Below, piece after piece: positions 1-12,460 of a stretch of DNA of 64,000 nucleotides; position 1 is the stretch's first letter; each line of letters opens with the position of its first letter. Under the pieces are notes generated by a model. It was not told the DNA's origin. It was given only the letters and a program-made list of their open reading frames with translations, and searched no databases. A program made the translations under genes and the position numbers. Source of the stretch: Mobula hypostoma (taxonomy: Eukaryota); assembly GCF_963921235.1 (NCBI RefSeq), contig NC_086097.1:88600001-88664000 (forward strand), written 5' to 3'.

Positions 1-433
1 TCCTCGCCTCGCCCGTTTCCGCCTAAGCCCGTTGAGCCGAAGCCCTTAAGCCGTCAATCTGCTCCTGGCTCACTCCGCCGCCCGCAAACTACGCTACCCA
101 CTATATAAGGCTCTGTTCCTTTTAAATCTTCCGTGCTTCACTGCCCGACGACACACGCCTGCGCAGTCCCGCCTCTCTGAACGCCAATGGAAAAAAAACC
201 GAAAAGTTCAAAAATGGCTTCCTCTGGACTCCGCTCCGATTCTCAGACTTCCTTCTTCAAATTAAACCCGAAGCAGGATTTCTGTCCTTTTAAATCTTCC
301 ACGCCTTACTGCCCGACGTCACACGCCTGCGCAGTCCCGCCTCTCTGAACACCGATGAAAAAAAAACCCGAAAAATCCAAAAATGGCTTCCTCCGCACTC
401 CCGCTCCGATTCTCAGACTTCCTTCTTCGAATT
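1..433 (-). mobile_element. Probable 5' UTR/promoter of a CR1-type LINE (body lies left of the window), with two tandem ~168-bp GC-rich monomers
   Basis: Direct repeat at ~119-263 and ~287-433 (cttttaaatcttcc...gcctgcgcagtcccgcctctctgaac...aaaatggcttcctc...ttctcagacttccttcttc). It is CpG-rich and abuts a truncated CR1 ORF2. The CR1 assignment is from resemblance only. Confidence 0.5.
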
Positions 434-435
434 TT

Positions 436-3400
436 GGGCATCACTGAATTATGGCTGAAAGAAGATTATAGCTGGGAGCTTAATATCCAAGGAAACACAT
501 TATATTGAAAGGATAGGCAGGAAGGGCGCGAGTGCTCTGATGGTAAAATCAAATCATTAGAAAGAGGTGACATAGGGTGAGAAGATGATGAATCATTGCG
601 CAAAGAGCTAAGTAATTACAAGGGTAGAAAGTTGCTGATGGGAATTGTATATAGACCCCCAGACTGTAGTGAGGATGTGGCCTACAAATTGCAATGGGAG
701 ATAGAAAATGCATTCTAAAAGGGCAATATTAGAATAGTCATGGGGGAGTTCAATATGCAAGTTGATTGGGAAAATCACGCTGGTGCTGGATTACAAGAGG
801 GGGAGTTTCTAGATGCATACAAGATGGCTTTTTAGAACAGCTCGTGGTTGAGCCCATGAGGAGATCAGCAATTCTGGATTTGGTGCTGTGCAATAAACCA
901 GAATTGATTAGAGAGTTTACGGTAAAAGAACCCTTAAGAGAAGTGATCATAATGTGATTACATTTATGCTGAAATTTGAGAAAGAGAAGCTAAAGTCAGA
1001 TGTATCAGTATTGCAGCGGAGTAAAGGGAATTACAGAGACATGAAAAAGGAGTTGGCCAGAATTTATTGGAAAAGAACACTGGCAGGGATGACGGCTCAG
1101 CACAATGGCTGGAATTTCTGGAAGCAATCTGGAAGGCACAGGATATAAACATTACAAAGAGGAAGAGGTATGCTAAAGGAAAGGTGACACAACCATGGCT
1201 AACAAGAGAAGTCAAAGCCAACATAAAAGCCAAAGAGAGAGCGTATAATAGATCAAAAATTAGTGGGAAGTTAGAAGATCGGGAAGCTTTTAAAAACCAA
1301 CAGAAGGCAACTAAAAAAGTAATTAAGAAGGTAAAGATGGAATATGAAAGTTAGCTAGCCAATAATATTAAAAAGGATACCAAAAGTTTCTCCAGATACA
1401 TAAAGTGTAAAAGAGAAGCGAGAGTGGATACCAGACCCCTGCAAAATGATGCTGGAAAGGCAGTAATGGGGGTCAACGAAATGGCAGATGAACTGAATAA
1501 GTATTTTGCGTTAGACTTCACTGTGGAAGACACCAGCAGTATGGTGGAAATTCCAGCAATCAGGGGTCATGAAATGTGTGCAGTTACCATAACTAGAAAG
1601 AAAGCTTTTAAGAAACTGAAAGGTCTGAAGGTAGGTATGTCACCTGGACCTTATGGTATACACCCCAAGTTTCTGAAAGAGGTGGATAAAGAGATCGCGG
1701 AGGCATTAATAATGATCTTTCAAGAAAACTAGATTCTGGAATAGTTCCAGAAGACAGGAAAATTGCAAATATCACTTCATTCTTCAGGAAGGGAGAGAGG
1801 CAGAAGAAAGGAAACTATAGACTAGTTAGTCTAACTGAAGTAGATAGGAAGATGTTGGACTTAATTATTAAGGATGTGGTCTCAAGATACTTGGAGGCAC
1901 ATGATAAAATAGGCCATAGTCAGTATGTTTTCCTGAAGGGAAAATCTTGCCTGAAAATCTGTTAGAATTCAAAGGTTTCAAAGGTACATTTAATGTCAGA
2001 GAAATGTATACAATATACATCCTGAAATACTTTTTCTTTGCAACCATCCACGAAAACAGAGGAGTGACCCCAAAGAATGAATGACAATTAAATGTTAGAA
2101 CCACAAAGTCCCCCCCCCAGCTCTCCTCCTTCCCGTGCATAAGTGGCAGCAAGCAACGATCCCCCTCCCTCCACCAACAAAAAAAGCATCAACATCCACC
2201 ACCAAGCACTCAAGAGTGCAGCAACACAGACTTGCAGTACCCCAAAGACTACTCATTCACCCAGTATTCAACATACCAGAGGCTCTCTCTCTCTTTCCCT
2301 AATAAGGGAGAAAGAGAGTCTCCGTTTCACAGTGAAAGGGGAGGCATAACAAACAACTCACTGGTTTACAATGTTAAAAGCACATTGCGCTGCTTTTTCC
2401 GAGCTCTGTGCCCAAGATCTCAGATCTCTGGGCACACAGCCACAGATCTTCCAACTCCCACGACACACCGATCTCCTTCCGGGATGCCGACCTTCGATCT
2501 GTCTGTCTCCAGAGGGTGAATTCTTTGAAGAAATCATAAGCAGGATAGACAAAGGAGAATCAGCTGATATTGTGTACAGGTACTTGGATTTTCAGGCCTT
2601 TAACAAGATGCCACACATGAGACTGCTTAAAAAGATATGAGCACATGGTATTACAGGAAATATTCTAGCATGGATAAAGCAGTGGCTGATCAGCAGGAGG
2701 CAAAGAGTGGGAATAAATGGAGACTTTTCTGGTTGGTTGCCATTGACTAATGGTGTTCCACAGGTGTCAGTGTTGGGACTGATACTTTTTATGTTATAAG
2801 TCAATAATTTGGTTGATGGAATTCATGGCTTTATTGCAAAGTTTGCAGATGATATGAGGATAGGTAGTTTTGAGGAAGTAGAGATGTTACAGAAGGTCTT
2901 CGACTGATTAGGAGAATGAGCAAAGAAATAGCAAGTGAAAGAATATGGTCGTGCACTTTGGTAGAAGAAATGAAAGGGTAGATTATTTTCTAAATGTAGA
3001 GAAAATACAAATACCTGAGGTGCAAAGGGTCTTGGGAGTCCTTGTGCAGGATTCCCAAAAGGTTAATTTGCAGGTTGAGTCTGTGGTGAGGAAAGCAAAT
3101 ACAATATTAGCAATAACTTCAAAAGGACTAGAATATAAAAGCACAGATATAATGTTGAAACTTTATAAAACACTGGTGAGGCCTCACTTGGAGAATTGTG
3201 AACAGTTTTGAGCCCTTTAGTTTAGAAAGGATGTGCTGAAACTGGAGAGGGTTCAAACGAGTTTCATGAAAATGATTCCAGGATTGAATGGCTTGTCATA
3301 TGAAGAGCATTTGATTGCTCTGGTTCTGTATTCCCTGGAACTCAGAGATGTGGAGGAATTTCTTTAGCCAGAGAGTGGGGAATCTGTGGAATAATTTGTC

Positions 3401-3620
3401 ACAGACAGCTATGGAGGCCAAATCTTTATGTGTGTGTATGCATATATATATATATAGGCAGAGGTTGATAGATTCTTGATTGGTCAGGGCATGAAGGGAT
3501 ACAGAGAGAAAGCGGGAGATTGAGGCTGAGAGGAAAATTGGATCAGCCATGATGAAATGGGAGAGCAGATTTGGTGGGCCAAATGGCCTAATTCTGTTCC
3601 TCTTTCTTATGGTCTTATGT
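436..3620 (+). mobile_element. CR1 LINE, 5'-truncated and decayed ORF2 (APE endonuclease + RT) with 3' UTR
   Basis: Fragments GITELWLKED, FLEQLVVEPMRRSAILDLVLCN, SPGPYGIHP, YLDFQAFNKMPHMRLL, AKFADD, LYKTLVRPHLENCEQF; tail ttcttatggtcttatg at ~3605-3620. Confidence 0.95.
1971..2517 (-). mobile_element. Non-coding retroposon (Rex/Babar-type 3' end) inserted into the CR1 RT region
   Basis: Splits the CR1 motif NLLEF|FEEI; 6-bp TSD gaattc at 1965-1970 and 2518-2523; minus-strand tail attaaatgtacctttgaaacctttgaa; related fragment at ~37510-37613. Confidence 0.8.
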
Positions 3621-5068
3621 TCTTTGTCAAACGGGCTGTCTTGCTGCATTTGTAAGATTATGCTTACCTCTGATTCTTTACCAGATTGGCTGACAGGATA
3701 ATGTCCATAGGCTGGTAGGCACAAGCTGCTATTAGGTTTAAGGTGCGATAATTTCCTGTAGCATATTTTTTCGTCCATTCACCTTGAAACTGCTAGGAAA
3801 ATGAATCTTTCAAATTAGAAGGCAGAATTAGTCTTTCAGTTGTGACAAAAACTGAAAACGTGAACAGTGAATAATACCCTATTGGACTTCCCTGAACTCA
3901 AAACTGAAATGGTATTCTCCCCTTGAAATAGTAATATGGGCACTAGGACTTCAAGTATTCATAGTCAGGATGTGATGCAAGTTGCTAAGGCTGCAGTCTT
4001 TGCTTCTCCTGAGTTGCCCTGTACAGATATTTAAGAACCATTGCATATTTAAGTCATATAGACCTGTGGTGCTTGCACTGACGAAATGCATTTGTGAATA
4101 GAAAGAAATTCCAGGACTTTAACTAGAACTAACAGAAGAATGTTAGGAACTGTCCGGGTCAAAATATTGTTGATTCCTAGTGACAATCTTTCCATTTGCT
4201 TCTCTTATTCTTTGTGGAAGTATACATGGACCATGGGATGGCAAATGCCATTGAAGTTATCCTCCAGAGTATCTGGCTGGATTATGCGACTTGCTACTGC
4301 CCGCAGTTTCCTGCTAACTGCAGTGTTTGGGTCAGCTTATTCCTAATGTCCATCCCTGCGTAATGGATCTCTGAGATGAGCTGGATTTTAAGTGTCTGAA
4401 CGTCTGACTACTCACTCTGTGGGTTGACTTGATTGTGTTGAAGGACCAAAAGCAACTCACAACCAGCTGTTCCAACTTTATGTCATGGTTGATTGATATA
4501 TGTAACTATTTATTTGAATGGTATCACTGATCTGAATTGAATAGTATGTGCAGGTAAATAATTTTGATTTTGTTTTTTTTAATTTACTTAATATTTTCAA
4601 TCTATTTCAATTGTTTAGATTTACTTTTTTAAGTGATGTATTACCTTTTAGCATTCGATATTTATTATTAACATTAGATTTTCGTTATTAAATAAGAACA
4701 CTTTTCCAGTATAGCAAAATTTAAAAAATAGTTAAAGATGCCTTCGAGTTTTCAAGGGGTTGGAAGGGTCAACCAGGCATGAAGCCTCAGCATCCACAGC
4801 CTGAGATGACAACTTGTAGACATTTGTAGACAGCTCCTATTTTGGAATAGAAAGAGCTGTGAGGCTGGAAGTTTGGGACTATGGAATAAAGGATAATAGC
4901 AGGAAAAGTAACTGGGATTGCTCTTAGCTTTGGCCAATTATCATCACTGATGTCTTGAACGAAGCTGAACGTAACAAATATCCCTCACATCAGATCCATT
5001 GGATATGCCAGCTCAGTCCCTGAACACACCTAGAGTATACCACTACCTCATCACAAGTCATTCTAGAC

Positions 5069-5147
5069 CAGGGGTTCCTAACCATTTTATGCCATGGACC
5101 CATACCATTAACTGTGGGGTCCATAGACCTCAGGTTAGGAACCCCTG
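5069..5147. mobile_element. hAT (Charlie-type) MITE, ~80 bp
   Basis: TIRs caggggttcctaacc / ggttaggaacccctg; flanks ttctagac / gtctagag match the NTCTAGAN 8-bp target; second copy at 46807-46885. Confidence 0.85.
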
Positions 5148-6044
5148 GTCTAGAGGCTCTGTGCACTTTATCCAACAGCATTGACTAAATGTCCTCGTAC
5201 TTCTTGCAATGAGTTTGCATCAATGCATTTGGAGTTACGAGAGGTGCATTACAAGGGCCTCTCAGTTAAATCCTGTGCTAGCTTTTCATACAGTTGAAAT
5301 GACTTAAAAGATCTCACATATAAATGACTTCTAGATTGTAATGATTATTATCTTGGCCAATTGGACAGCTATTGATCCCCAAGGCTGGAGGCCACACGCA
5401 ATTTCCTTAAATTTTACCATGTACTTCCCGAAGCAAATTTCTGTGATGGTTGCGCTAGGCTGTTTATTATCAATAAATACTATTGCCTTCCTAATTACTT
5501 GCTGTAGTGACTTGCTGAAAAATGTCCTAAAAGTGGAAAGTTGGGTAACAAGATGGGAAAATTTATAGGTTGGTAGCTGGAAGTGTACCCCCTGTGATAG
5601 GAAAGCAATTGCAGTTGAGTTCAGTTAAGGGGGCAGAAGTGCAGGAGCACAGATTTGCTGAGAGAACTGATGGGCTGAAGGTTGCCATAATAGGGAAGAT
5701 TGGAACTGTTACATTGAACAAACAAGAGCCAATGTAAGTCAGCAAGAAAAGAGTTGGCAGGTAAATACAAGATAAGACATGGGCAACAGTGTTTTGGACA
5801 ATCTTAACTAAAATTTTGGAGCTGCCTGTGAAGATCTGGAGGTGGTAAAGAGTTTCTGCAGAAGATGAGCTTACGCAAGGCAAAACTAGGTAACATTACA
5901 GGTGGGAATAGGTGGCTTTACGATGATGTAAGCAGATGGACAGAAGCTCACTTGGAGTGAGAGAAAACCCCGAAGTATAATAGCAATGCACACAATAAAC
6001 GCTGGTGAACGCAGCAGGCCAGGCAGCATCTATAGGAAGAGGTA

Positions 6045-6086
6045 CAGTCGACGTTTCGGACCGAGACCCTTCGTCAGGACTAACTG
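6045..6086 (-). ncRNA. Minimal type-I hammerhead ribozyme motif
   Basis: Minus strand CAGTTAGTC CTGACGA AGGGTCTCGGTCC GAAACGTC GACTG: intact CUGANGA/GAAA/UH core, helix I AGTC/GACT. Confidence 0.75.
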
Positions 6087-6164
6087 AAAGAAGAGATAGT
6101 AAGAGATTTGAAAGTGGGGGGGGAGGGGGAGATCTACTTTCAAATCTCTTACTATCTCTGCTTT

Positions 6165-6206
6165 CAGTTAGTCCTGACGAAGGGTCTAGGCTCGAAACGT
6201 CGACTG
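6165..6206 (+). ncRNA. Minimal type-I hammerhead ribozyme motif
   Basis: CAGTTAGTC CTGACGA AGGGTCTAGGCTC GAAACGTC GACTG. Confidence 0.75.
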
Positions 6207-7149
6207 TACCTCTTCCTAGAGATGCCGCCTGACCTGCTGTATTCACCAGCACTTTTTGTGTGTGTTGCTTGAATTTCCAGCATCTGCAGATTTCCTCATG
6301 TTTGCCCAAAGTATAATAGATTTGGTTCAGACGCTGGGTGAGTAAGTATAGCTTCTTATAGGAACTGGAGAGAATGGCTTCGGCTTTCTGAATACTGAGT
6401 TGAAGGAAATTTCTGTTTATCCAGCATTAGATAATGAAGAAGCAGTATGAAAATTTGTAGGAACTGGAGAGTTTGAGAAAGTGGTGATGAAACAGACTTA
6501 GCTGTCATCGAGAGCACTGTATGATGTTTTTGGATTTTCTTGCTGACGGGTATGTAAATGAGAAATGAGAAAGATATGTACTGTATGGGTAAGGGAAGAT
6601 GAGCCATTGCAGGTGATTCAACGGCTTGGAATGGATGGGAAAGAATTGGACTAGGTGGGAATGTCCCTATCCAACCAGACACTGGTGGTGAGGCATGCTG
6701 TACTCAATCACATGAAAGGCTGTAGACGCATTAAGAAGATGAGGGAGACTTTTGCCATTGTCACCATAAATCGACTAAAAATTGTGACCCTAATGAAAGC
6801 CTTTTCAGTTCCATATGTGGACGGAAAGCAAAAAGTTCAGGTAATAATTGGAAATGTCAGGCTTTATCATGAGAAGCTGGATTGCAAAAGTGGGGGGATA
6901 GATGCAGTTAAAAACTGTCAAGGTTAGATCCCATCAGGAGTGTTCACTCAGATTTGGGTTCCAAACCTCCAAGGGTATTATCCTGACCTTGATGCAGCAC
7001 ACATTCATCAGAATTAAATAAGGACTTCTGAAAAGAAAAAGCCAACGTGCATATGCACAGTGCCTCTTTAAGGAGCTTTTAGCAAACATTTTTTGTATAG
7101 TCACAGTTATAAGAAAGATGGCACAGCTAACTCCCACAAGCAACAGTAT

Positions 7150-7430
7150 AACAATGAATAGATAATCAGCTGTTTCATTAGTAGCACTGAATGAAAGATA
7201 AATATTGACTGATAGATCATTCCACAATTCTTTCCTGAAATAGCTCTGTAGAATCTTTTGTGTCTTCCTGTGAGCGTAATGGCCTCAATTTAACAGTTTA
7301 TCTGAGAGATCCACTGTCACTGCAGCATGCCCTCAAACTGTATGGGAATGTCAGTGCAGATCTTGTTGTGCTGTTACCTCCAGATAATTTTTTAACTCAG
7401 AGATGACATTGCTTCAAATTGAGCTGCTGT
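7150..7430 (-). mobile_element. Degraded Deu-SINE-like (AmnSINE1/SacSINE1-type) element
   Basis: gataaatattg...gaatcttttgtgtc...ggcctcaatttaacagtttatctgagaga...tgcagcatgccctcaaactg...tgtcag resembles the Deu-domain SINE consensus as recalled; similar pieces at ~48095-48135 and ~48440-48580. Confidence 0.5.
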
Positions 7431-8059
7431 GGGAATGAATTACAGTGATTCTTAACAAACTGTTATCCATTGTAGCGGATTAAGTGACAATCTCGTTGAG
7501 ATGATTATGAAATCTAAAGGGCACTAGCAGGTAGATGTGAGTCTTTCTGGGGGAGGATTTCATATAATTCCAGGGAATTTGAAATGAAATCAAGAAGTGC
7601 ATTTTAATGCAAAGATTGGTGGATATCTGTAATTTTTTTCCCCCAAAGAAGAAAAAAACAAGTCAACCCTTTCTTTGCTCGGTGACTTTAACATGTACCA
7701 CACATTCACAAAACATATTAGTAAAGCTTCTTTTTAGCAGAATCTGAACCACAGGAGTTGAAATATATATGTAACAACTTCAAATTCCATGTACATTTTC
7801 CCCCAAGGAATTTAAATGATGAGGATAAATTCTCTGCTTCTGTCACAAGTGGAGTTGTAAATCACTGCAGAGTATGTTGTCTCATGCCTCGACTGCACCA
7901 TAATCATTCAGAGGTAATAAAATGAGAGTGATTGATAGAAGCACATCACCTCCACTGAGCCGTCCTGTCCATTCCCAAGGCTATTGTAAACGTCAAGCAA
8001 CAGTTATAATTTATTTTCGGGTGGCTGTGATTGATAACAGCAGAGAAATATCACTGTAA

Positions 8060-8256
8060 ACATAAACACAAGAGATTCTGCAGATGCTGGAAATCTTGAG
8101 CAACACACACAAAATACTGGAAGAACTCGGCAAGTTGGGCTGCATCTGTGGAGGGGAGTAAACAGTCCAAGGTCTCAGCCTGAAACATCAACTGTTTATT
8201 CCCCTCGGTAGATACTGCCTGACTTGCTGAGTTCCTCCAGTGTTGCGTGTTTGTGT
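8060..8256. mobile_element. Older palindromic PLE terminal-repeat insertion
   Basis: Minus arm 8060-8167 and plus arm 8169-8256; 12-bp TSD atatcactgtaa at 8048-8059 and 8257-8268. Confidence 0.85.
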
Positions 8257-8559
8257 ATATCACTGTAATACCTCCTTTGTTTGTACATTGGCATTGGCTT
8301 AATAAATGATTTCTGGCCTGTCCTGGGTGACTACTGCTTTCCACTAAAAATGTCTCCCCTTTTGACCCCACCTTCTACCTATTGAACCATTGATCCTTTC
8401 TTGGTGGTAGTGTGACTCCGTCTGCCAAATTTCAAGTAGTTCTCTTGCCCTGCCCCACTGGTCCACATCCCTGAAACCACTCCCTTACAAAATACCTTCC
8501 GATGATTGATGTACCACCAATTGCCATTTGCAAAACAAAATGTTCCAAGTTTCTGCTAC

Positions 8560-9560
8560 AGGATGCATATGAAAAAGTTTCCTAACATTAGTCCTGCTGG
8601 GCCTGGATTTAACTTCCTGATGTCCCCTAGTCATAGATACCCCAGCCTTGAGTACACATCCTGATAAGGTGCCTCTTGGTAGACTGGTACAAAAGATGAA
8701 GGAATGAGGGATTCTAGGCATGCTAGCTAATTGGATCCAAGGTTGGCTTTATTCTAGAATGCAGTTGCAGAGGATGTTTTACTGATTGGAAATCTGTAAA
8801 CAGTCTTGTATCACAGGGATCTGTGCTGGAATATTTGCCGTTTATGATACACGTTATCAATTTGATGTGTATGTTGGAGGTTTGATTAATAAGTTAGCAG
8901 ATGGCATGAAAATTGTGGATAACAAGGAAGGTTGTCTACGGGTATATCAGGTTATAGATCGGATGGCCAGTTGGGAGAAGCATTGGTAGATGGGATTTAA
9001 TCCCAAAAAATGCAAGTGCATTTTGGGAAGTCAGATGGGAACACATTAGAGTTAGGTTATTTAGCCCATCAGCATGGCTGATCCATTTTCTGTCACAGCC
9101 CCAATCTCCTGCCTTCTCCTCATATCCTTTCATGTCCAGATTAATCAAGAGTCTAGCAACCACTGCCCTAAATATGCAGTAAATACTAGGGCAATAAGCA
9201 GAATCTCGATGAACAGGGTCCCTAGTCTGTTGTTTGTGGCAACTCAGGTCAATAGCTGATGAAGAAGTCATGTGGCATGTTTGCCTTTATTGGTCGGAGA
9301 ATAGAGTATAATAGTTGGGACATCATATTGCAAATTTTCAAAGCATTGGTTGGGCCACATCCGGAGCTTTGTGCACAGTTCTGGTTGTTACACTATAGGA
9401 AAGAAGTAATTGCAGTGGAGAGGGGAGAGGAGCTTCACCAGGATGTTGCTTGAATGGGAAAATTCAAGTTATGGGGAGAGATTGGATAGGCTGTCCTTGT
9501 TTTGCCTGAAGAATGCTAACCAGTAATAAAAATATTCAAGGTTCTGAGAGCCATTGATCA
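8560..9560 (+). mobile_element. Degraded CR1 RT fragment, with a small minus-strand CR1 3' piece at ~9050-9175
   Basis: GLINKLADGMKIV, FAFIGRRIEYNSWDIILQIFKALVGPHPELCAQFW. Confidence 0.75.
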
Positions 9561-9659
9561 GGTAGATAACCAAAATTCCACTACCTGAAGTGTAATGAGC
9601 CAGAAGATCTATCTTAAGCTTTGAAATAAAGTTAACCTTGGGCGTTATTTCCAAACATT

Positions 9660-10035
9660 TTAAGACCCCTCCCACCTCGGATATTCTCTTTTCTCTCCCC
9701 TTCCATCAAACAGAAGATACAAAGGTTTGAAAGTACTCACCACCGAGTTCAAGGACAGCTTCTATCCTGCTACACTAAGTCTCCTAAATGGACCTCTTGC
9801 ACATTAAAGATGAACTCTTGAATTCACAATCTACCTCATTATGACCTCTGCACCTTATTGTTTCCTTGTGTGGCACTTTCTTTGTAACCATCACGCTATA
9901 TTTTGCATTCTGTTATTTCCTCAATGTCTGTATATGTGTATATATAGTATATATGTTCTGAAATGATCTGCATGGATGGCTTGCAAACCTTAGCTTTGGT
10001 GGACATGACAATAATAAACCAATTCCAATTCCAAC
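9660..10035 (+). mobile_element. Rex1/Babar-type LINE 3' end
   Basis: ttcaaggacagcttctatcc (FKDSFYP) followed by a 3' UTR ending aataaaccaattccaattccaa. Confidence 0.6.
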
Positions 10036-11519
10036 AATAGTCAAAAAGCAAGGCAATGGATTTCCAAGCAGCTGAACAGGATATCTTTATGGCTGAAAGC
10101 CATGATATTTGTGAACAAAATAGAATCTTTTACAGTTGTCATTGACAAATTCCCTTTGCAGAAGCCACCGCTGTCCATACTGAAGCATGTACCTGAGTCC
10201 AAGAATTGTACCATAGACAAAGTGACTTATCACTTTAAAGTGAAGTCAGAAGTGCAGTTGATCAAATGGGGGATGATGATTAATTCTCAAAAAAGGAAAG
10301 GAACGTTTGGAACAAAAGAATACAGACAATGGTCATTGGCCTGTGACCATTGGTTTTCAACTAAATCTCTGTGATATCTATTTCTATAAAACAACTTTTA
10401 AGTACTGTGCAAGAATGAACAACAGCTAACAAATTAAGAACAATGAAAGAATTAAGAGCAATTAACAAAGCCGAGATGGATTTGATGTCACTTGATTAAT
10501 GAGAAGCATTGTTAACTGAATATGTTACAGTAAGAGGCATTAAGTAGTGCTCCTACATTGTCACCCTAGTTTTTAGGAGCTACTAACAATAATTTGTAAT
10601 TGTTTTATTAATAAACTGTGAAAAACTGCTTGAATAGTTTACATACATAATGCAGATTTTTTAAACATGAAGACTTTGGTACATTCCATTTAATATGTCT
10701 TCTGTGCTCAACTATCCTGAAGAGACAGGATTTTACTCAAGAATTTGCCTAAAACAAGGCAAGTACTTCCTCGTGTTAAAGTGGGTATGTTACCTGGTTC
10801 AGTTGGGATGCATGTCAGGATACTGAGGGAAGTAGGGTGGAAATTGCAGAATATTACCTGTAATCTTTTGGACACCTGTAGAAATGCTGTTAAAGGCAAA
10901 TTGTGCTTAATTAATAGTTTTTGATAAACTCACAGAAAGGGCCATTGAAAGAAGGCACTTGTTATAAAGGCACTCAATAAAATGCCACAAATAGGCTAGT
11001 CTTCAAGAGAGAAGTCCCTGGAATAAAAGCTACCATCATAGCATGGGTAGAAAATTGACTCAATGACTCTTTGCACACTCCCTTTAATTCACTGGCACTT
11101 TGGTTCCTACAGCCCTTTAAACTCAACTAGTTATATTACCCACACTCACTTGAAATTTACCAGGTTCACTTCAAATGTATTATTCTAATGATTTACACCT
11201 GAAAAAAGTGAATTAGAAATGTGTTATAGAGTATTAATAGGAATATCTAACAATAATGTGGAATATCTTCTACTTCAGCACCCCAAAGTCCTGAGTATGT
11301 CAGATTAATGCAGTTTTATATATAAACCAAAGGGCACATTTGTTAACGGAAATACAAAAACAGAAGAATGTACATAAATTATCAAAAGTACAGGAACAGG
11401 TTGAGAAAGAGGTTAAGAAATACAAGGTCCTCAGCTTTATAAATAAAAGCATGAAGTTCAAGAGCAAAAAATGTCACAATGAACTTTTATAAAATACTAG
11501 TTTGCCCACAAACTGGGAA

Positions 11520-12015
11520 TATAGAAGAGTAGAACACAGAAGCAGCCCTTTGGCCCACGATGTCTGGGCTGACATAATGACAAATGAAAATAAATCTCTT
11601 CTGCCTGCACATGATCCATATCTCTCCATTCTTGCACATTCATGTCCATCTAGAAGCCTCTAAAAACACGACTATCATCTTTACTTCCTCCAAAACCTTT
11701 GACAGCCCTTTACAGACACCTATCATTCTCTGTATGAAAAACTTGCCCTTCATATCTCCTTTAAACTTCTCCCCCTCACCTTAAATGTATGACTTGTAGT
11801 ATTTGATATTTCTACCCTAGGAAAAAATTCTGACTATCTAACCTCATAATTTTATGAACTTCTGTGAGGTTTCTCCTCAATTACCAATGCTGTGGAGAAA
11901 ACAACTCAAGTTTGTGCTACCTCTCCTTAGAGCTTTCATCCGGGAAGCATCTTGGTAAACCTCCTCTGTACCCTCTCCAATCTTCCCTGTAATGTGGTGA
12001 CCAAAACTGCTAACA
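11520..12015 (-). mobile_element. Degraded CR1 3' end
   Basis: gccctttggcccacgatgtctg, tctcctttaaacttctccccctcacc, cctctgtaccctctcc are reverse complements of CR1 ORF2 C-terminal and 3' UTR sequence. Confidence 0.65.
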
Positions 12016-12104
12016 ACTGGAGGAGTGATTGTCAGCAAATCCAGTGGCAGCATTTAACATTATGAAGGATGTGGGCAAAGTGGAACCAAAGGGAACTATT
12101 TTTT

Positions 12105-12460
12105 TTTAGATTATGAGGACACGCAGTCCTCTTGTATTGTCATTTAGTAATGCATGCATTAAGAAATGATACCATGTTCCTCCAGAAAGTTATCACAGAA
12201 ACACAAGACAAACCAAGACTGAAAAACTGACAAAAACCACATAATGATAACACATATTTACAACAGTGCAAAGCAATACCATAATTTGATGAAGAACAGA
12301 CTATGGGCACGGTTAAAAAAAAAGTCTCAAAGTCTCTTGAAAGTCCCATCATCTCACGTGGACGGTAGAAGGAAGAAAAACTCTCCCTGCCATGAGCTTC
12401 CAGCGCCGCAAACTTGCCGATGCAGTACTTTGGAAGCACCCGACCACAGCCGAGTCCATC
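12105..12460 (-). mobile_element. 5'-truncated copy of the non-coding retroposon at 29576-30197
   Basis: Reverse complement of ~29885-30195 (gattatgaggacacgcagtcctc...ttgtcatttagtaatgcatgcattaagaaatgata). Confidence 0.85.

Larger units (their letters stand above)
5984..6304. mobile_element. Palindromic PLE terminal-repeat insertion (two inverted copies of the hammerhead-bearing 3' end)
   Basis: Inverted arms ~5984-6115 and ~6136-6265; 15-bp TSD cccgaagtataatag (5969-5983) / cccaaagtataatag (6305-6319). Confidence 0.9.
5560..6900 (-). mobile_element. Ancient L2-like LINE remnant (interrupted by a PLE insertion)
   Basis: Minus-strand remnants KIVQNTVAHVLS (cf. L2 QLIQNSAARIL) near 5770-5810 and LDDS*VCF (cf. 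YADDTQLY) near 6490-6515; very degraded, boundaries approximate. Confidence 0.45.

Noticed and set aside
6005..6309. Recurrent small ORFs (e.g. VSPDEGSRLETST) as a peptide family
   Set aside because: They are translations of the non-coding PLE terminal repeat; the conservation is better explained by the hammerhead RNA motif
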